64,000 nt of DNA from Camelus dromedarius. Lineage: Eukaryota. Under the pieces are notes generated by a model that was not told the DNA's origin, made no database searches, and saw only the letters and a list, made by a program, of their open reading frames with translations. Positions 24,700 to 38,194 of this stretch are shown here, one piece after another. Position numbers and translations under genes: made by a program. Numbering within the stretch: position 1 is the first letter of the stretch; the number at the start of each line of letters is the position of its first letter. The stretch is taken from assembly GCF_036321535.1 (NCBI RefSeq), contig NC_087437.1:26538001-26602000 (forward strand), given 5' to 3'.

Positions 24700-24900
24700 T
24701 TTATTATTTATTTATACTGAAATATAGTTGATTTACAATATTACATTCATTTCAGGTAGTGATTCACTATTTTTATAGATTATATTCCATTTAAAATTAT
24801 TATAAAATAATGGCTATATTTCCCCCTTTTTTTGTACAATATATCCTTGTTTTTCTATTTTATACACAATAGTTTGTGTCTCTTAATTCCATACCCCTGT
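24700..24900 (-). mobile_element. L1 3'-terminal fragment
   Basis: 'gaaatatagttgatttacaatattac...tggctatatttcccc'; imperfect TSD tggtttatttttt / tggatttatttttt. Confidence 0.8.
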
Positions 24901-25189
24901 GGATTTATTTTTTGATTGGAAAGAAATAGTTTGACTCTTTACTGGATACAAATCATTTGCAATTTATCAGCCGTCTACAATTAACATCTAACTTTCCTGA
25001 ATCTGGCCTCTAGTCAATAGTAAGTAATAAGTCAAAAAGAGTTGCTTACCCCTTAGGCCTGCGTGTTAGATAATTCTTGAGTATTGCTTGAAAAGCTAGA
25101 TGGTTTTTTTAAGTTTTGGAGATTTTTTTCTTAAAAATTCAGAGAGGAGGCAGATCGAGAAATCAGTAAGTGCAATAAAACAGCACAGG

Positions 25190-25375
25190 GAATGATAAAA
25201 ACAGCTGACATGTACGGGGTGCTCGCCACTGGTCTCTGCATTTTCTTGTATTAGCTCTTTTAGTCACTGTCTTACCCTGTGAGGCCGGAGCTATTACTGT
25301 CCTCATTTCACAGAGGAGGAAATTGAGGCAGTTTGGCTCCAGGGTCTGTAAGCTTAACTGCCTCCCATGAAACAC
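25190..25375 (-). mobile_element. MIR SINE, internally deleted
   Basis: 'ctattactgtcctcatttcacagaggaggaaattgaggc'. Confidence 0.65.
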
Positions 25376-26964
25376 AGCTGAGGGTACAGTAGGATACCTG
25401 TGTGTGTGCACGTTTGTATATCTGGCAGAAATAGGGAGACAGGGTGATGGTGAACCGAGATACAGTCCCATTCTTCATTTCTAATCTAAAATTTGAATCA
25501 GGCGATGAGATGTGACAATTGCTATGTAGGCTGCCTGGAAACCCTAAGATGGTTTGTGTAGAATACTCGATAATTTTGCCAATCAGAGCCTCTGCTCCTG
25601 GTAATCAGGCCTCCAGTGTCAGCTCATTAAACCATCACTCCCAATCTTAAGGCTGAAGCAGTTATGTTCGTGTGTCTCATAGATACAAGAGGAGGGAGAC
25701 CTGGGTGTATATTATAGTTCAATGGGATGGTTATGTCAGTGTTCTTTGTTTAAAAAAAAAAGAATTTCATTATAATCTGGCATTATCTGAGAATCTGGGT
25801 GCTTAATTAGAGGGCTCTCTGGCTTGATTTGGTAGCCAGAACCTGCTTTTGCGAAAGGCCAATGAGTAGCCAAGCTGAGTTGTTCATTTCTAATTAAATA
25901 GGTCCACAATCCAACCGTCCCCAATACATTAGTAAACAGTGGAAGGGACGCTCCAGCTCCTAACACCCAGAGTAAGTGTTCGTACCCTGTCCCACTGTTC
26001 TGCCTTTTTGTAGCTGGAAAGTGTTTGGAGTTATGACTTGATGAGCCAAATTGTCCTCCCCAGACACCTTTTGTTCTGTCACAATTAGCTGCACGTGCGA
26101 AACTGTTTTCATCTGTAATTGCTCCCACAAGGGTGTAATTGCACCCAAAAGTGGCTGGTTGCACCAATGGTAGGAGCAATTAGTAACAAAAATGCAAATA
26201 ATTGCAGGCATCCAAATTGCTGTCTTAAAAAAGGGGCACCCAGGAGAAGCTTGGCTAAAGATTTGGCTGCTCTCTTTTTCCCACTGGAAGTGTCTGTTAA
26301 TATTTGAAATCAATATCGTAATCTCCAAACCTACCTTGACTTCCCACACCTCTAGGTGCCTCTTGGAAATGATGTACGTTACAGGACCAATGAAAAACCA
26401 GACCAATTCCAAATGTCAGTTCATTTAGGAACCAGAAAATGAAGTAACTTGGAGTCAAAATTATCTTTGGGTGGGGAAAAAGTACAAACGATCGAACAAA
26501 TGCATTTCTGCTGTAACTGTGAATCTCATATCTCCTCATACCAAAGTGGGGGAAAACAGGGTCACAGAATTAGTAATAGTTATTTTCTATCTACTCAGCT
26601 TCTAATCACAGAATTACAGGAACTGTAGAGACACATCCTTCCCTTCCCCTACTCCCCACTGAATTACTCCCAAATAGTACAGGATCATGGCATCCTCAGT
26701 GAGGTGTGATCATGACTTGTCTCCATGGCTTCACACGTGTTCCCTGTGACACCCTCCTAGCCTTCTCCCTCCAGGTAGCACTGGGCTATGCCGGTGGCCT
26801 TGGCTCTCTGCTGCTCTGGATGGCAATGTGGGGCTCCCCGGTTGCCCCCTGTGAAATGGGGAAGACACACTGTCGTCAATTTGTATTACACTTTGTACTG
26901 TGGACCACAAGGGAATACACTTTTCTGCTCCCAAAGCCTTCCAGAGGCTTTAGTGAAACACCTC

Positions 26965-27337
26965 TCTTGCCCTGCACCCTGCGGGCCTGCAAGTCTTGTA
27001 GTTGCTCAGCCTTGAGACAGAAGGAAAAGCCCAGAGACAGGGACAGAGATGTCAATGGTCTATTGGACGAGGAGGTGGGGGATCTTACACAAAGGGCCCT
27101 GGAGCGAAACCCTACCTTGTGCAGCAGACAGCAGGCAGACCACGGTGGCAGTCTTCCTACTCAGGGGAGGCGGCTACCATTTATAAGGGAATTGATGTCA
27201 GGTGGGCACATTAGTTAGCAGGGATAGTTAAGCCTTGTAATTAAGAGGATTGGATAGTCGTGTGAGTGAAGTGGGGCCTGGTCGAGCAGGGGCCGTACAG
27301 AGAGCAGAACAGCCATCCTGAGTGACCCGACCACACA
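26965..27337 (-). mobile_element. ERV solo LTR
   Basis: Minus strand begins TGTGTGGTCGGGTCACTCAGGATGGC, has CCAAT, TATAAA and a degenerate polyA signal; 5-bp flanks ACCTC/AACTC. Confidence 0.7.
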
Positions 27338-29139
27338 AACTCTCCTTTATTTTTGTACTTCAGCCTCCCCAGCTCTAGCCAGAGACCTGGGGAGAGGAGG
27401 TCCAGGGGAGAGCTAGGAGTGGGGGGGCAGCAGGAAGCCCAACTCGGAGGGCTATATGAGCCCTGCGCCCTCCACTCTACTCAAAATCACACCCTCCCCA
27501 CCACCCACAAGCGTGCACACACCAACACTCCTCCTTTTAGGAGTCCCCTCCTGTTTGCTTCTTGGACCCTCAGGCAAACAGACCTACAAATGGGTTTCTC
27601 TTACTGGTCCACAGTGTTCCAGAGGTCTCCAGAACGGCCTGAATTTTCCTGGAAACACAGCTTAAGCTGTCCTTGGGACCCCAGCTACACTTGTATTGGC
27701 TGACAGAGAAACTGCCCTCAAGAAGACAGGAGAGGGGGCGATATGCTGTAATAAAGTGTTTTGCAGCACGGAAACAGCAAGCTCTTACTGGTTATGGGCC
27801 TGAAGGGGCCAACGTCACCAACAGAATGAAGAAAAGAAACTCTGGGGAGTCATGTATTGTTTAGCATTCCTATATTAGCGAAGCCTTTTCCCTGGGGAGT
27901 AAGTTTGCTACACGAATCCATGCAAATCCAACCAGCAGAATGTGGAAGAAACAAAGGACTATATAATGCATCTCCCTCTGCTAGAAAAACCACACTTTTG
28001 TTTTGCTTGCAGGGTGGAGGTAGAGCTTGCAACACTTTGGGGTGGAAAGTGGGGTAGGGGGTGGTGTGAGGGGTGAGCTCATTTGTTGACAAGAAACAAT
28101 TTGGAGGAAACATTGGGCCACCGGTGGGCAGAATGTATTTAAAAACCAAAGGTTGGCCCCGCAGTGGAGATCTCACCGCTGCTGCTCTAGGCGTGAATTC
28201 TTAGTTGATTTAATAATAGCCTCCTCCACCCAGTGCTGGGAAAGGAATGTCGTGTTCCATTTTCTCCCGCTGTTTGTAGCATCTGGGATGCTGCTCCTCA
28301 ACCTGCCAGTACGACTCCCCCCTCCTTCCTTGCTGTAGGCAGCCCTCGCCCAAAAAATTTACTTTGCAGATAAAAGAAGAGGCATTCAGTGGTCAAAAAT
28401 GACAGAAGTGAGGGATTCTAAACTGTTTTTGCTAAGACTGAGAGAAGAAGGATTAGAAAACAAAAGAATTGTGCAAGGATATTTAAGAGAGCTGCTCAGA
28501 TATGGTGACATGGGATGAAATGTGGTTGGGCCAACTATTTGGGTTTGGGTTTGGGTAACCAGAGAAGGTAAGATAATTCTGAGTCCTGGTAAATCCCTTT
28601 GAGGGAAAGTGGCTGCCCACGTGTCTCAGGCCTAAAAGAAACCCTCTGACTGTTTATGGAAGGAATTCTCTGCGCATAGGGTGCAGTCAGATTCTGTTCT
28701 CCTACCTCGATGACCTGGTGCATGGTCAGTGGAAGGGCTTGACATTGGTGGCTCTGTGTGACAATGGCTTGCATAACGGGAAATGAACATCGGCTGGACT
28801 TTTGTGTGTTACAAGGAAGGCCTTCCCCGTCTGCCTGTGCTAAAATTAATTTAAGCTGGGAATAAAGGCTTGAATAGCTTGCTCAGGCTTTAAATCCAAA
28901 TATTATTGGGAGACAGTGCATTAGTGAAAAAATCACATTAAAATGTAAATGGTTGACGTGGTCTTCTAAAATCAGAAGGAGGCCATGGAAGAGGGAAATA
29001 GCAAAGCAGATATGCAATATGTGCAGAACTCTGGGTGGACTGAGGAAGGGCTGTTGGGGTGTGAGACAGTAGTTTCTGAATGGCATGAATGGGAGGGGTT
29101 TCTGGGTCAGCAGAGGAGGGAGAAGAGAGCATTTCAGGA

Positions 29140-29655
29140 TGTTATGGATGTTGGTTGATTTCACCTGACTGGTATTCTTTCTCCCTTCCCTTTGGGGCAC
29201 TATGCCTCTCACACTCCACGTGGTCCTGGAAGGACTAAGTTCTCCCACGACCTTTCCCATCACCCTATGATCCTATCTGACCAATCAGAGGTCTTAATCC
29301 TTCAAGGCACTGGCCTTCCCTGTGACATGATGTAGTGGGGCTGGGAGAGAGAAGGTGTTTATTTTATTCTAGGATTGCTTTGTAGGGATTATGTAAGCCT
29401 GGAGCTGTTAGAGGTAATTTCCCCAGCAGTGTGGGAAAAACTGCCTATAGAACAAAGCTATCACACAGAGGAAACAGCACGAAGAAGTGAAGAGAGAAAC
29501 ACTCACAGTCCTGATGGCATTGCTAAAAAGTGCTGGATCCAGCCACGCCTGAAGGAAACACTCCTGATTACAAGAGCCTCAACAGAACCTTTCTGGCTTG
29601 AGAAAGGCTGAATTTTGTAAAGTTTGGATTTTTGTCATTTAAAACCAAAGGCACA
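29140..29655 (+). mobile_element. Old MLT1 (MLT1K/L-like) LTR
   Basis: 'tgaccaatcagag', 'tgtaagcctggagctg', 'ctggatccagccacgcctgaag', 'ttggatttttgtcatt'. Confidence 0.65.
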
Positions 29656-30467
29656 GGGAATTAGAGAGTAGGAAGGACCGACGGATTTTAATAAAAGTAG
29701 ATACAAACTCTGTGTTTAGAGTCTAAGTTTTTCAAAGGACCTACAGAACAGACATAAAGTCTTTTGTGTTTCTTTGAATGTGACTTTTCTCTGGGATGAA
29801 AGCATGTCGGTTTGGTTTTCCCTGGGAAATCTATTTAATCATTTTGTTTCCTCTTTTGTGGTATAAGAATACTAGTAATGCCTGCCTCAGGTAGGTTACT
29901 CTGCACAGAACTCTTAGACTGGTGCGTGGCACGTAGGAAGAGCTCGGTACATTTGTACTTGCACTGTTATACTCTCCTCTCATCTCCCTTTTCTCTTTCT
30001 TACCCTCCCTCTCCCACCCTGAGTCTCCATCAAAAGGTGGTGGAACCAGTTTGGTAAAGGCAGACCTTGGAGCTGGGAAGTAGCTGAGCTAGTGAAGGCA
30101 GAAGCCTCTTTAGTCAATGGGGATAAGAAAGAGTCTGGTAAGAACATGCATTCATTGAAAAAGTTATCTGTCACATGTGGACTAAACACAAATGAGTCCT
30201 TTTATTCACAGTAGCCCTTCCTGTCTTTGAGGCCAGTGAACATTCAATGCCTGCACATGTTTCCTGGCATAAGAGTTTAAAGATAGTTTGCAGAGCTCAA
30301 CTGCCTATGTTATTAACGTGGAACCATGAACTAAATGATCCTAACATGATACACAGTATTAGGTCACTTGAAAAAAATCATAGGTATTTAGGTTAGTGAT
30401 ACACAATTTAATTCAGAGTTAAAGGTGTGTAATTACAGAATATTTAATATTTAGTGTATGAAGGTAA

Positions 30468-30635
30468 AGTACAGGGAACTATATTCAATGGCTTGTAGTA
30501 AGTAACCTTAATGAAAAAGAATATGAAAAAGAATATATAACTGAGTCACTATGCTATACACCAGAAACTAACACATTGTAAATCAACTCTCCTTCAATTT
30601 TTAAAAATGTTAAAAAAAAAAAAATAGAAAAAGAA
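30468..30635 (+). mobile_element. L1 3'-terminal fragment
   Basis: 'acagggaactatattcaa...actgagtcactatgctatacaccagaaactaacacattgtaaatcaact' plus A tail. Confidence 0.85.
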
Positions 30636-30694
30636 ATTCTTTTCCACTAGCTTCTTTTTCGTTTTTATACTAAGATAATGCTGTGGTCAAAGGT

Positions 30695-30913
30695 AGAGGC
30701 AATCAGCCACGAAGCTAATGCAGCTTAAACCTCAGGACCCTTTGGTGCATGGCCCCTTCCAAGGCCCTGGAACGGTATAAACCACATGTTCTCATGTTCA
30801 TATATTTTTGTAAGATTTACAAAAGGAAACTATTTTTGCATTCTTTTTTTTGAAAAAGAGGAACCTCAATATTACATGACCTAAAGGTCTCATAAAACCT
30901 GGACCCACCCTCT
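30695..30913 (+). mobile_element. Zaphod/MER115-like hAT-Tip100 internal-deletion derivative
   Basis: 5' arm 'gaagctaatgcagcttaaacctcagg...ggccccttccaaggccctg' joined to 3' arm 'aaaacctggacccaccc'. Confidence 0.6.
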
Positions 30914-31944
30914 ATCAGAGGCCTATTGCAACAGGTTTCATAGGGTATTATTAAGAAAAATAATCACCTCAACTTGGAAATAAGACTGAGAGAACAAACG
31001 GCCGTTCAATGTCACACTGAGGTGTTACTTTACAAACACAACCAATGAATACTTAATTATCTAGGGGAACCTGTCTTCATCTGACTCCTTTTTTGCTAAT
31101 GTTTAAAGGTCCTAGGTTTTGTGAAATTGCGTGTTAACATGCAGTTTTTTTTTTTTTTTAGGCCTAGTGGAGATGCCTGGTAAAAAAGATAAGGTTTTAT
31201 GACCAGTTTTATATCTAATCTAGCAATCTCTTATTTTTTCATTGCTTGTGACTACTCAGTTCCTCCAATGCTGTTTCACCAGGTTTACTGTCTTACTGGT
31301 TTCCTCATTAAGGATTTGAATAAAAGCTTGGACATGTGTTCATCTTATATTTGTACAAGAGTTATGTTTTTCACTTTTGGAAAATTATACTGTGACAGTA
31401 CATTAAAATCTCCAAAGGAAATCATTCTGTTTATAATTTACTATGACACGTACAGGGTACGTCACACACGTGGCTGCCTTATACAGGGGTCAAGCTTCCA
31501 ACCGGACTTGAGCGTTCACTGTAAAAGCTGAGAATCTAATTTTCTGACAGAGCCCCAGCTTGAAGGCAGGCATGTCACCTTCCCCAGCTTCATCAGTTTC
31601 ATTATCTGCAAAGTGAGGATTGCTGTTAAGATTACATGAGATGAACACCTCACATAGTAACCCTCAACAAAGGTTGGTATCTTGCCTTAGACACTATCCT
31701 CCCAGTTACCCAAGGACGCCCTAGATCTCTCCCAGAACCCAAGGTAGAAGTCAAAAAGATTAGACCCATAAGTGTGCCTCCCTGGCAAGTCAACAGTCTT
31801 AGCAAAAAGCAACCAGCCCAAAGAGTCCCTCTCCTTCTCTGATTGTGACTTAAATGACTCTGTCAGCCCCAAGACTCACCCAGAAGCAGAAGATGACTTC
31901 TTTCCTATGGGACCCCCTCCTGAACCTACTTGGTTCTCAGAGAG

Positions 31945-32297
31945 TGTCTTAGTCAGCTTGGGCAGCCATAAAAAAATACCATAGACTGGGTGGCTTAAAT
32001 AGCAGAGAGTAATTTTCTCATTGTTCTGGAGGCTGAAAGTCTGAGATCAGCGTGCCAGAATGGTCAGAATCTGATGCGGGCTCTCTTCCTGGCTTTCAGG
32101 TGGCCATCTTCTCACTGTTTGTACACACAGCTTTTCCTTGGTTTGTGCATGTGGGGAACTTCTTAGAAAACCACCTATTAGATTAGGACCCACCCTTATG
32201 ACCTCATTTAACCTTAATTACCCTCTAAAACTCTATCTTCAAATACAGTCACATTGGGGTTTAGGGTTTCAATATATGAATGTTGAGGGGACACAAC
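31945..32297 (-). mobile_element. MLT1A-like MaLR solo LTR
   Basis: 'tgtcttagtcagcttgggcagccata...accatagactgggtggcttaaa...cccacccttatgacctcatttaaccttaattacc'. Confidence 0.85.
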
Positions 32298-32308
32298 TGG
32301 TTGGGTCC

Positions 32309-32691
32309 TTTCTCTGTAAGGCACATCATGGCCTTCTTGTGCTTAGGCACAATAGAGAGGACCGTAGCACTGTTGCTAGGAGTGGGGGTGGCACCATTTT
32401 AAACAGCAAAATCATCAACAAAAAGCAAAAAAGCAAAAAAACACGGCAGTAAATAGACTGTGAAAAACACACTTGTTTTTAATGTGAGAGCTGAAACAAG
32501 AACCCTGAACATCGCCTTGCTCCACCTCAGCTGGGAACATGTGCATAGGGTGCTTACAATTTTTTGTTACTCTGTACGTGTCTGCAAATAACCACAAAAG
32601 CACTGTGAGTATTGATTTTGGGGTTACAAATACATTTTAGTGAGTAAGTGAATTAGTAGGTGTGGAATCTGTGAATAATGAGGATTGACTG
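32309..32691. mobile_element. MER82 (TcMar-Tigger), partial
   Basis: 'gtaaggcacatcatggccttcttgtgcttagg...cctcagctgggaacatgtgc...ggaatctgtgaataatgaggattgactg' followed by TA. Confidence 0.75.
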
Positions 32692-32693
32692 TA

Positions 32694-33090
32694 TCTCATA
32701 CAATGGAATATTATTTGGTCATAAATGAGAAAGAAGTTCTGATACTTGCTATAATATGAATAAACCTTGAAAACATCATGCTAAGTGAAAGGAGCTAAAC
32801 ACAAAAGGCCACATATTGAATGATTCCACTTACACAAAATGTCCAGAATAGGCAAAGTGATACAGGCAGAAGGTAGATTAGTGGTTGTCAGGGGTTGGGG
32901 GTAGGGCAAATGGGAAATAACACTATTAAAGGTATGAGATTTCTTTTGGGGTGATTAAAATGTTCTAGAATTAGATAGTGATGATTGTGGTACAACTCTG
33001 TGAATATATTAATAACTGCTGAATTAAAGACATTAAAAGGGTGAATTTTATGGTATTAAATTATATTTCAATTAAAAATAAAATAAATAA
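32694..33090 (+). mobile_element. L1MB-type 3' end
   Basis: 'caatggaatattatt...aaccttgaaaacatcatgctaagtgaaag...gtagattagtggttgtcagggg' plus A-rich tail. Confidence 0.85.
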
Positions 33091-33094
33091 AATT

Positions 33095-35302
33095 CTAAAA
33101 TAGAATATAAAAGGCCTCAAAACACTGTCAACAAAATTTACCTAACTGATATTTATAGAACATTTGATATAACAGCAGAATACACATTCTTGTCAGGTAT
33201 ACACGAAACATTCACTAATATAGACAAAATCCTGGGCCATAAAGCAAACCTTAACAAATTAAAAAGTATTAAAATCATTCAAAGTATATTCTCTGTCCAT
33301 AACTGAATTCAACTAAAACTCAATAACAAAAAGCTATCTGGAAAATTCTTAAATATTTGGAAATTCAACAGCACAGTGCTAAACAACCCACCAGTCAAAG
33401 AGGAAGTTACAAGGTAAATTACAAAATAGTTTTAATGGATTGAAAATGAAAACACAGCATATTGGCTAAAATAGTGCTTAGAGGGAAATTTATAGAACTA
33501 GATATATATTAGCAAAGAAGAAATGGCTTTAAGCTTTCAGCTTAAGAAACTAGGAAAATAAGAATAAATTAAACTCAAAGCAAGCAGAAAGTAAAAAATA
33601 TGAGAAGAGCAAAAATCAATGAAATTTAAAATGAAAAAACAATACAGAAAATCATTGAAACAAAAAATCAGTTTTTTTGGAAAAAAGCAATAATATTGAC
33701 AAACCTCCAGCAAAATTGACAAAGAAAAAAAGAGAAAAAAAAATCATCAACATCAAGAATGAAACAGGAGATACCACTACAGATCCTGCAGACATCACAA
33801 GGATCCATGAGGGAATGCTATGAACAATTCTACACACATAAATTTGACACCTTAGATGAAATAAACCAATTTCTTGAAAAGCACAAACTGCTACAAGTCA
33901 TCCAATATGAAACAGATAATTTAGATAGCCCTATTAACTATTAAAGAAATTGAATTCATGGTTACAACCATTCAACAAAGAATGCTCCAGTCCCAGATGG
34001 CTACCCTTAATTCTACCAGACCTTAAAGGAAGAAATATGACCAATTCTACACAATGTGTTCCATAAAATAGAAGAGTAAGGGACACTTCACAACTCATTT
34101 TGTAAAGCCAGTATTACCCTGACACCAAAATCAGAGAAAGAAATTATAAGAAAGGAAAAACTACAGAACAATTTTCCTAGATACAGACATTTTCAACAAA
34201 AGCTAGCAAATGGAATCCAGTGATAATAGAAAGATAATATATCATAACCAAGTAGGGTTTATCATAGAAATGCAAGGCGGTTCAACATTTGGAAATTAAT
34301 CAATATAACTATAACTCACCACATCAAAAGACTAGGAAAGAATAAGCACAAGATCATTTCAACAGGCATAGCAAAAGCATTTGACAAAAATCAATTTAGA
34401 TTTATAATACAAACTCTTAGCAAACTAGAATTAGAAGGGAAAGTCCTCAATTTGATAAAAGGCATCTTTGCCCTTTTGACTTAACTGACATTTCTAGAAC
34501 ATTTGACCTAATAGCAGAATACATATTTTTGCCAAGTGCACATGTGGCATTCACTACAACTAGCACATATCTACAGCTACCATCATACTTAATGGTGAAA
34601 GATTGGATATTTTCCTCCTAAGATCAGTAACAAAGCAAAGGAGTCCACGCTACTTCTATTTTATGTTGTACTAGAGATCCCAGCTAGAATAAGGCAAGGA
34701 AAAGAAATAACATGCAAACAGATTGGACAGAGAAAATAAAACTGTGTTTATTCATAGATATTATGATTGTCTACATTAAAAATATCAAAGAATCTGTAAA
34801 AAAGCTGCTCAAACTAGTAAGTTAGTAACTTTGCAAATATGTCAATATGAAAAACAAGTTTCTATATGCTATCAATAAATAGAAATTGAAATAAAAATTA
34901 ACATTTGCATTAGCATCTAAAATCATGAAACAGTCATAAATCTAACAAAATATAAGGAAGATCTGCATAAAGTAATTAACAACTGATACTACAGCATAGA
35001 TGGACCTCAAAAGCATTATGCTAAGTGAAAAAAGCTGGACACAGAGAGTACATACAATGTGATTCCAACTATATGAAATAAACAATTTAAAAGACAAAGC
35101 AGAACTGTAGAGACAGAAAGCAGATTAGTGGTTGCCAGGGTCCAGGTGTTCCGAGGGAACTTTCTGGTGTGATGGAAATGTCCAATAATCTTGACTGTGG
35201 TGGTGGTAATATAACTGTTTATATTTATCAAAACACACAGAACTGTACACATAAGATTGGTGAAGTTACATGTAGAATATACCTCAATAAAGTAAATTTA
35301 AA
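33095..35302 (+). mobile_element. Old L1 ORF2 (EN-to-RT) remnant joined to an L1M 3' end
   Basis: A-rich L1 ORF2 sense sequence (ORF 33759-33944 contains 'YEQFYTHKFDTLDEINQFLEKHKL'); many stops and frameshifts; 3'UTR from about 34975. Confidence 0.85.
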
Positions 35303-35852
35303 GAGAGAGAGAGAGCCCTCCAGTTGCCCCAAAGAGGATGGACTGGTGAGTGTGATTAAGACTGAAGACCTAGATGTTAACGATTCAGAGACAAAAGCTA
35401 GGATTTTCAAAAAGAAACTTGACTGAGAAATAAGGCCAAAGAACAAGAAGACCAGAACAGGAAAACACAAAAGCACAGAAGCAGATGAGCTGCTTGAGCA
35501 CAGATTTTGTGTCCTAAGAGAACTCAAAGACAAGCCACAGATTGTCACGACAGACACAGCAACCTGGGTACACAGGCCCCTTGTTCCTTTTCTGTCCCTC
35601 TTTGGTCTTGCTTGGATGCTGTGCCAAGCTGCTCAGGCTGATTCTAAGGTAGGATCATGTTAGCATTACTGCTTTAGTTTAGCAGTTGCATTTTTAGGGC
35701 CCCCTGAGGGGGAATTCGGTGGTATTTGGTTCTAAGCTACTTTCTGAGACTGGGATGGCCCCAGTGATCACTTGTTTACTCTTTTGGTTGCTGATCCTGT
35801 ATTCCCACTGAGCACTCACCCAGGGGCCTTTTCCCATTTTGTATGGGAAGGG

Positions 35853-35947
35853 ATGTCCCGTACAATATTTGAGACTTACACTATTTATCTGAACTTTAAA
35901 TTTACCTGGGCATCCTGTATTTTTACTTGCTAAATTTGGCAACCCTT
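35853..35947. mobile_element. MER53 half element
   Basis: 'tttatctgaactttaaatttacctgggcatcctgtatttttacttgctaaatttggcaaccct'. Confidence 0.75.
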
Positions 35948-37672
35948 ACCTCAGGCCACTTCCCCTAGGATTCCGCCTACTGTCCGTCCCAGGTAATCCT
36001 TGAGAATGTTTTCCCTGAATCTTATCACTTAGGTCACAGTGACAATATGTTTACACATCCAGGGACAAAAACTCGCTCCTGTCCAACAGTCTGGAAGAGG
36101 AATAGTGTCCCTTCAGGGTTCAGGCTAGTCAGAAAAATGGGGATCTCTTTTCTCTAAAGTGCTGTCTCCTCCACACAGGTAACCAAAAACTGCCACGTTG
36201 ACTCTCCTTACCTACGGGAGGAATATATTTCTCTTTGCATGTTTAGGGAGAAATAAAAATTAAATTCTTGTCGTAGACTAGTGGCAACAAGTTAAAGATG
36301 TGACCAATCCAATCAAAGACTCATCTGCTTCTTTTTCAACAACTCCTTTCACATACAGTTTGTGTAGAAAGATCTTATCTAATCTGACTTTTTGCTCAGT
36401 GTGTCTGAGTCGAGCTTGAAGGCAATTTCATACCAAGAAAAACATACTGAATTGTGGCATCTGGTGCAAGGACTAGGAATTCTTTATGTCTGAGTAGTGT
36501 TCTAAAATGTCTTATTCGTGAATAAGCCAATGTTTTCAACTTCAAGCACAATCAACTTCTTCATTTGAAATTTGTGACCTTATATTTGCCATGTATTTGA
36601 GCACTTTTTAAACTCTTAATGATAAAAATGAGATTGTTAAGCTAAATGACATGATTGGGGTTATATACATTGATTATTATAGCATGCTTCAGTCAGAAAT
36701 TTTTGCTTCTGCAATTGGTGATGAGAAATTCATCTATTCATTATCTATCTACCTATCTATCAATTCTCTTCTGGTTGTCCATTTCTTCCAACATTCTACA
36801 AACCCTAAATTCAAAACATAAATCAAAAATGCTTATGACTTTAATATTTAAGAACTGAAAAGAAATATTCATCTATGCGTGAATTTTTCCCTAAAGCAGT
36901 CATTCATAGACTAAAACCACATGGATGAGTCATCTCCATGTGTATAAGTATATTTCTTATCTATTAAATACATATACTTGAGGTCACAGGCTCAGAGAGC
37001 ATCTGTACTCCCTTGCCCTTCCAACCCACTCGAAGGCTGGGGAAGCGGCCAGAAGTGGGGTGCCCTGAAATATCTGTATGCTCACTGGGCAGCTTGGGAG
37101 CCCCAGAATGGTCTCTGACAGAGCCCAATTCCGGGAGCCTTGCAGCCTCCCTGCGGGGACAGTGGGACACCAGGCAGGAAAAGGGGACATTTCATTCACT
37201 GGGTGGATATCCACTGTTGGATGGGTAATGACTCAGACCAGATGCCCCGTCCCACCCAATGCCTGGCCCACAGCTCTCCCTCAGCAACTTAGAAGGGAGG
37301 AAGAAATCACTTTTGACCGAGATTGTTTCCACATAAGACACACTAAGTTTGGTTATTTGGAAACTAAACGAAGTTATCTATTTTTATGCCACTAAGTTTT
37401 TGGTCTGAAACACATATCCATTATATATAGATGATAGACAGAAAAATAGACAGATGATAGGTAGATATTGGGTATAATAATTTTAATATATTTAAATTAT
37501 ATGCATTCTCTATGTTTCTGGTTTGGAAGTTTTCTGGAAAAGTAGACAATTAGGAGAGTGGACTCTTTTTTTTCTTCTTATCTATGATGGAGACTCGAGA
37601 GAATAACAAAATTATCACAGTGGTTGTGATAAGGAAAACAAAAAAAGAATTGTGTGTGTGAGGTGTATACAT

Positions 37673-37712
37673 GTGGATGGATGGATGGACGGATAGACAG
37701 ACAGACAGACAG
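37673..37712. repeat. Compound (GGAT)n/(AGAC)n microsatellite
   Basis: Directly visible. Confidence 0.85.
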
Positions 37713-38194
37713 AGCTATTAAGTCACCACCTCTCTGCCTAGAACAGTTATTTTAATGAAGAGAAAAAGCCAGATTGCCTCTAAAGCTTTTGTATAAACCT
37801 GAACAACACGTCTCCTGGGTTCTCCAATCCACTTTGCCAGCCTCAACTATGCATTTAATCTTGTGGCCTTCTGTGCTTTCCCAGCGGACGGGCAGAGATC
37901 CTGCTGTAGCTCCAGCGAGCACTTGATCGGGCTTTTTGAAACAATTAAGTGGTGGGAGACCCATGGGCTTAGTTTGGCCCAGCAAGGCTTCGGCTTCTCT
38001 ATTAACGACAAAGCATCAGTAAATCAAACTCCCTCTCTGAAAGTTTTGAGACAAAGCACATCGTGGCCTTCCATTTTCAGGAAGAAGGAAATGATTACAA
38101 TTATTCAGTGAGTAATGTGAGGAAAAAGAAAAACGTTTCTGGTTTCATAAATCACTTAAACCAAAAAAGAGGTAGACTTGTGAATAGCAACCCA

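Noticed and set aside
26706..27218. 170-aa ORF
   Set aside because: Runs antisense into an LTR; no protein-like features
28039..28073. G-quadruplex candidate (also about 15750-15790)
   Set aside because: Loops are long (8 nt) and such G-runs are common; no further support
28115..28132. CTCF site (GGCCACCGGTGGGCAG)
   Set aside because: Two mismatches in the core consensus; not supportable from sequence alone
33759..33944. L1 ORF2-like peptide (also 52129-52311) as an active or domesticated gene
   Set aside because: Short open stretch within heavily frameshifted and stop-ridden L1 remnants
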